A stretch of 11,625 nucleotides of DNA from Paraspadella gotoi (taxonomy: Eukaryota > Animalia > Chaetognatha), in contig JBJCIZ010000143.1 of the NCBI GenBank assembly GCA_051294375.1, positions 1 through 11,625 on the forward strand, given 5' to 3'. The first letter of the stretch is position 1, and the number at the start of each line of letters is the position of its first letter. The translations under genes and the position numbers were made by a program. Below the pieces are notes generated by a model. It was not told the DNA's origin and did no database searches. It was given only the letters and a program-made list of their open reading frames with translations. Positions 8,070-11,625 of this stretch are shown one piece after another.

Positions 8070-8607
8070 CTCAACCGAGATCCGACGGTTGTTGTTCTTT
8101 GTTCATTTATTCTAGGAATAAAGGAAGAGTGTTGAGTCTTTATTGATCCTGCGCTTGGTTTATTCTTAATTTGCATTGTTATACATCGGATTAACCTTAG
8201 GCGCGACCAGACTGTGACGGAAATTCTTTCATGGAGAGGCAGGCGGCAAAGCGTCCAATGACTAGCTGCAAATTTAAACCTTGAGGGCAAAGGGCGGAAG
8301 GTTTTTCACTTTTTTGTTTTATTAAATAGTGTAACGCTAATTAAAATTTAACTGCTTTTTATAGACAAATCAGATGAGGCAGAAATATTTTTTTTTTCTT
8401 AGAAAAAGGAAATATTATTCTGAATTGAATGGTTCTTTCTCAATAAATCGTATTTGATTCTTTTCATTAATGAAAGCAAAGATAGAAAACATTAAGAAGA
8501 TAACATTGCGCGCGTTTTTTGATTGAATTATAGAACATGGGCTGAGAGGGGATAGAGGGAAGCATTTTATATATTTCTGTTTGTCTGTTCATATGCTTAT
8601 CCTATTT

Positions 8608-8658
8608 TCTTCCTCTCTTCCTCTCTCTCTCTGCTCTCCTCTCTCTCTCTTCTCTCTC
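8608..8658 (+). repeat. Imperfect (CT)n microsatellite
   Basis: TCTTCCTCTCTTCCTCTCTCTCTCTGCTCTCCTCTCTCTCTCTTCTCTCTC. Confidence 0.9.
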
Positions 8659-9143
8659 GTCATTCTATTCATTCACGCACTAAGTAGTTTGATTAGCGTA
8701 GGATTCGTTTTGCCAAGGGAAGCATCTCTCTCCTTTTAACTGATTCACAGTCATTAGTCGGGTTCTTGGCGTGGAGTCATTTATCAAGAAAAAAAAATCC
8801 AACCTTGGGTCGGAATTATTTTACGATCGTTTTCACGTTCGTAACAGCGCGGGAATAGTCCCACTTAATTTATGGGGGACATTTTCCAAATCATTTTACC
8901 GTTTTACCAATTTATCAATTTATGGTCCTTCCTATTTTCCCTGTCGCTGGTTAGTGGAGACCCTCTGCCGGATGAGGGAAATTATGGGAAGAATTTTTAT
9001 TTAACGCCCCTTTTTTATCAATTTTCATTCTTTCTCTAACGGAGACTTCAAATTATAGGCCCAATTTTTTATTCAATATGGGTTTCTTTCCATTCAGCGC
9101 GACGTCGTTGACAAACCAGCGTTGAAAGTCGATACTGAGTGGT

Positions 9144-9173
9144 CGACGACGACGGACGACGACGACGACGACG
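9144..9173 (+). repeat. (GAC)n trinucleotide repeat
   Basis: CGACGACGACGGACGACGACGACGACGACG; a looser GAC-rich tract also occurs at about 9439-9490. Confidence 0.85.
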
Positions 9174-9634
9174 AAAAAAAACACGAGGGGCACCGACTCA
9201 ACCGGATAACCGACACTCGAGATTAAAAGAATTGAGACACGAGTTATGGGCTTATCGTAAATCCGATACAGATATTCAAAACCTAAAATACGAGATACGA
9301 GAAGACTGAAAATTCCAGCTACTCTTCTCCTCCGAAGTATGACAGGCGCGGAGTTTCGGACGAATCTCTCGAGAGGATAGTGTGGTTCACAGTTGAAAAA
9401 AAAATTGTGAAACAGTGCTTAAAAGGTGGAGGGAAGAAACGACGGACGACGGTGAAAAAAGACGACGAAAACGACGACAACGACAGACGGACCATCGAAT
9501 GTTTTTTTCCATAAATCTCATTTTAAAAAAACAAGGAAAAGCTTTAACCTTTGTAACGCGTAACTCGGGAAAGATCAATCGCCGAAACTTTTCGATTTTT
9601 TTAAAAAAGATTAAAATAATACATTGTGGCAATA

Positions 9635-10062
9635 TGGCAACAGCCGGGTTGCCTGTGATGCCCATTGGGACTGGGGCATCTCACTGTTGGCTTTGGGGCT
9701 TTACCGACCCTCCGAGTGACAGCCATCCAGTCACGGATTTACCTAGACGGTCTCGCGGGATTTGCCAACACAGTGAGGGTATTCGTTTAGGACTGTGGGA
9801 TGGAACCCTAAGGCCTGGGGGGTGATGGTTCTTTTTTTTCAACTCTGGGTTCCGACCACTCGTATCCAGCCAACTTACCATTTGCTCGACGCCGGGAACA
9901 TAGGATTGTGATCCCATCTCACAGTCCCTAACGACTTCCCTCTGCTTTTGCACCAGTCCCCTAGGGTAACGCGCCAGTAATGGAGGCGTCGAGAAGCCCC
10001 CAAAGCCAAACAGTGAGATGCCCCATCCCAGGATGGACATCACAGGCAACCGGCTGTTGCCA
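9635..10062. mobile_element. Non-autonomous foldback element / MITE (~430 bp) with long imperfect TIRs and probable TA target-site duplication
   Basis: TA|TGGCAACAGCCGGGTTGCCTGTGATG...GGGGCATCTCACTGTTGGCTTTGGGGCTT mirrors AAGCCCCCAAAGCCAAACAGTGAGATGCCCC...CATCACAGGCAACCGGCTGTTGCCA|TA. Weaker complementarity continues inward (TCGTTTAGGACTGTGGGATGG with CCATCTCACAGTCCCTAACGA). It is GC-richer than the AT-rich flanks and has no transposase. Confidence 0.85.
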
Positions 10063-10800
10063 TAATATACTTTTTTATCTTCATAAATTTGTTAACTTGT
10101 TAAGACTTTGAATGGTTTTTCTGATGCCATCTTTACTTGGCGAGATAACGGGTGTGAATCGTTAAACTTTATTTACTGATAAGTGATTGTCAGGAAGAAG
10201 CCGCACGCGCAGAGAAGGACTCTACGTTTTCGACGAAAAAAGCAGACTGCGGTGCAGGACGCACCGGAAGAGAGTAGATAGAGAACCGACTCGAGTGAGG
10301 ACAGTTTTTCTGGCCGTTGCCATGCCGCAGACGAGATGAGTAGGCGATGTTTCATCGTCAGCGACGACAGTAAGAAGTAGCGAGCGTCTCTGTCACGGAG
10401 GAATTTTCTTGGCGCGGAGTCGTCGGTCGCGCCGACCATTTCCAGTTTCATTTTCCTCGTTAAATTGTTTGCTCTCGAGTATCGCCCAAATGCAGCCGAA
10501 TCAAATAAAATAAATAAAAATCCCGGAATCCATCAACAAACATCAAGGAATGGGGGAATAAATCGCGCTGGAAACGCTATTTGTCGTTTTTCTTTTTCGC
10601 TTCGGGGTTTATTCGACACAGTTCGAGAAAAGTCGCGAACCGCAGTCGGGGTACGAAGATGAAAAAGGGAGTTCGAAAATGTGTCTCACTCCTCACAGCA
10701 TATCGGGGAGAGGAATTTCGCAAGGACGGTTTTTGAAATACTCTTTTTGGAGTAATACAAGGATTAAATATGAGATAATTATGAGGAATAAATAAATTAC

Positions 10801-10816
10801 GATAGATAGATAGATA
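10801..10816 (+). repeat. (GATA)4 microsatellite
   Basis: GATAGATAGATAGATA. Confidence 0.75.
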
Positions 10817-11148
10817 CATGTAATTATGTATTGGGTATATGAGTGGAGAGTAGATGATAAACATAAATAAAAATATCATAATTGTTTATATATAAGTAGG
10901 CTTTACAAATATTTAACCCTGCCTATAAAGGCACAGTCTATCGTGCGATAAACCCGCTTTAATGTCATTTGAATTTAAAACCATTACCTTATGACCATTA
11001 AGAACTGGGATCGATCCCTAATGGTACTTTAAACTTATGCGGGGAAGTGTTGAGGACGGGGCTATAACAGCTCATTTGGGCGGCCTGGAAAACCCCCGAG
11101 CCTAAGTTTTCCAAGCTCCAGGACCCATTTTACTAATGCCTTATTCTA

Positions 11149-11625
11149 TGTGGCCACTCGAATAAGGAATTAATTCAGAGATTTTCAAAAACTCGATGGA
11201 AAAAGACTTTAAATCAAACTCTAAATCTTGTGTGTTTTCCAAGTAATTCATTTTATTGCTCAAGATGTCGGTACCTTTACAAAAGATCTCTTTTGTTAGT
11301 TAAATTGGCTCCACTGAGTTGTTTACTTTATTTGATTGTTAAACTGAAGAAATTCAGTCTGGTTCTCTCTACTGATCAAGAAACCAAATAAATACTTATC
11401 TTGATTCTCAACTCGTTTTATTCTAATCTCTAATGTAAGTAAAATACCGATGAAATTAAAGATGACGCAAAACTTAAATGATTCGGTCGGTTCATCAATT
11501 AAATATGAATAAACAATTTAGAATGCCGTACATCACTCGTTTCCCTGCAACTTCGTCAAGATGACGGGAATATTTCATTTCTTCGTTGCCAACGTCTAGT
11601 CACGTGCACCACGTCCGTGTCACGT
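11149..11625 (+). repeat. LTR (U3 start) of the same family in opposite orientation, probably running off the right edge
   Basis: 11149-11192 TGTGGCCACTCGAATAAGGAATTAATTCAGAGATTTTCAAAAAC matches the reverse complement of 1-40: the first 22 nt are identical, followed by three small indels. No PPT precedes it, so it is a 5' LTR, solo LTR or displaced fragment. Extent beyond 11192 is inferred. Confidence 0.8.

Noticed and set aside
7814-8658. GA tract and CT tract as arms of a large inverted repeat (likewise CGT at 8038 and GAC at 9144)
   Set aside because: Complementarity is limited to low-complexity sequence; the unique flanks do not pair.
8330-8846. Possible solo LTR TGTAACG...CGTAACA with TATA-like (8567) and CT-rich interior
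   Set aside because: The flanks (ATAG / GCGC) give no TSD, and there is no PBS, PPT or second copy; the short termini could be chance.
9387-10049. ORFs of 92-136 aa across the MITE
   Set aside because: No transposase motifs; two cross or lie within the foldback element and are incidental.
1-11192. Reading the 1-40 / 11149-11192 inverted repeat as TIRs of a DNA transposon, Polinton or DIRS element
   Set aside because: The TG ends face inward and one abuts a PPT, so these are LTR starts. There is no transposase, PolB or tyrosine recombinase, and the integrase is a Gypsy DDE type.
1-11625. CRISPR array, retron/DGR-type RT system, tRNA or rRNA genes
   Set aside because: No regularly spaced repeats, template/variable repeat pair or recognisable structural RNA was seen. 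The RT is embedded in a standard Gypsy Pol.

Overview
Eukaryotic, repeat-rich DNA, most likely invertebrate (inferred from the element clade and abundant CpG). The left half (about 1-6100) is a minus-strand Ty3/Gypsy LTR retrotransposon of the CsRN1/Kabuki/Boudicca-like lineage. It has uninterrupted gag (CHCC knuckle) and pol (PR-RT-RNaseH-IN-GPY/F) frames, a -1 frameshift signal (G GGA AAU plus a 9-bp stem), a degenerate tRNA-Trp-like PBS, a short PPT and the first 40 bp of the 3' LTR at the window edge. The LTR layout is the main anomaly. The 5' LTR's U5 end sits at 5321, but I found no direct copy of the LTR start upstream. The LTR start instead appears inverted at 11149, inside a near-palindrome. 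A 26-bp unit carrying both LTR-terminus motifs lies just before the PBS. Pol has a D-G-G protease triad and two low-complexity insertions. The right half holds stop-interrupted protein-like frames (6200-7640), GA/CT and GAC microsatellites, LTR-like relics and a ~430-bp foldback/MITE. All alignments were done by eye.
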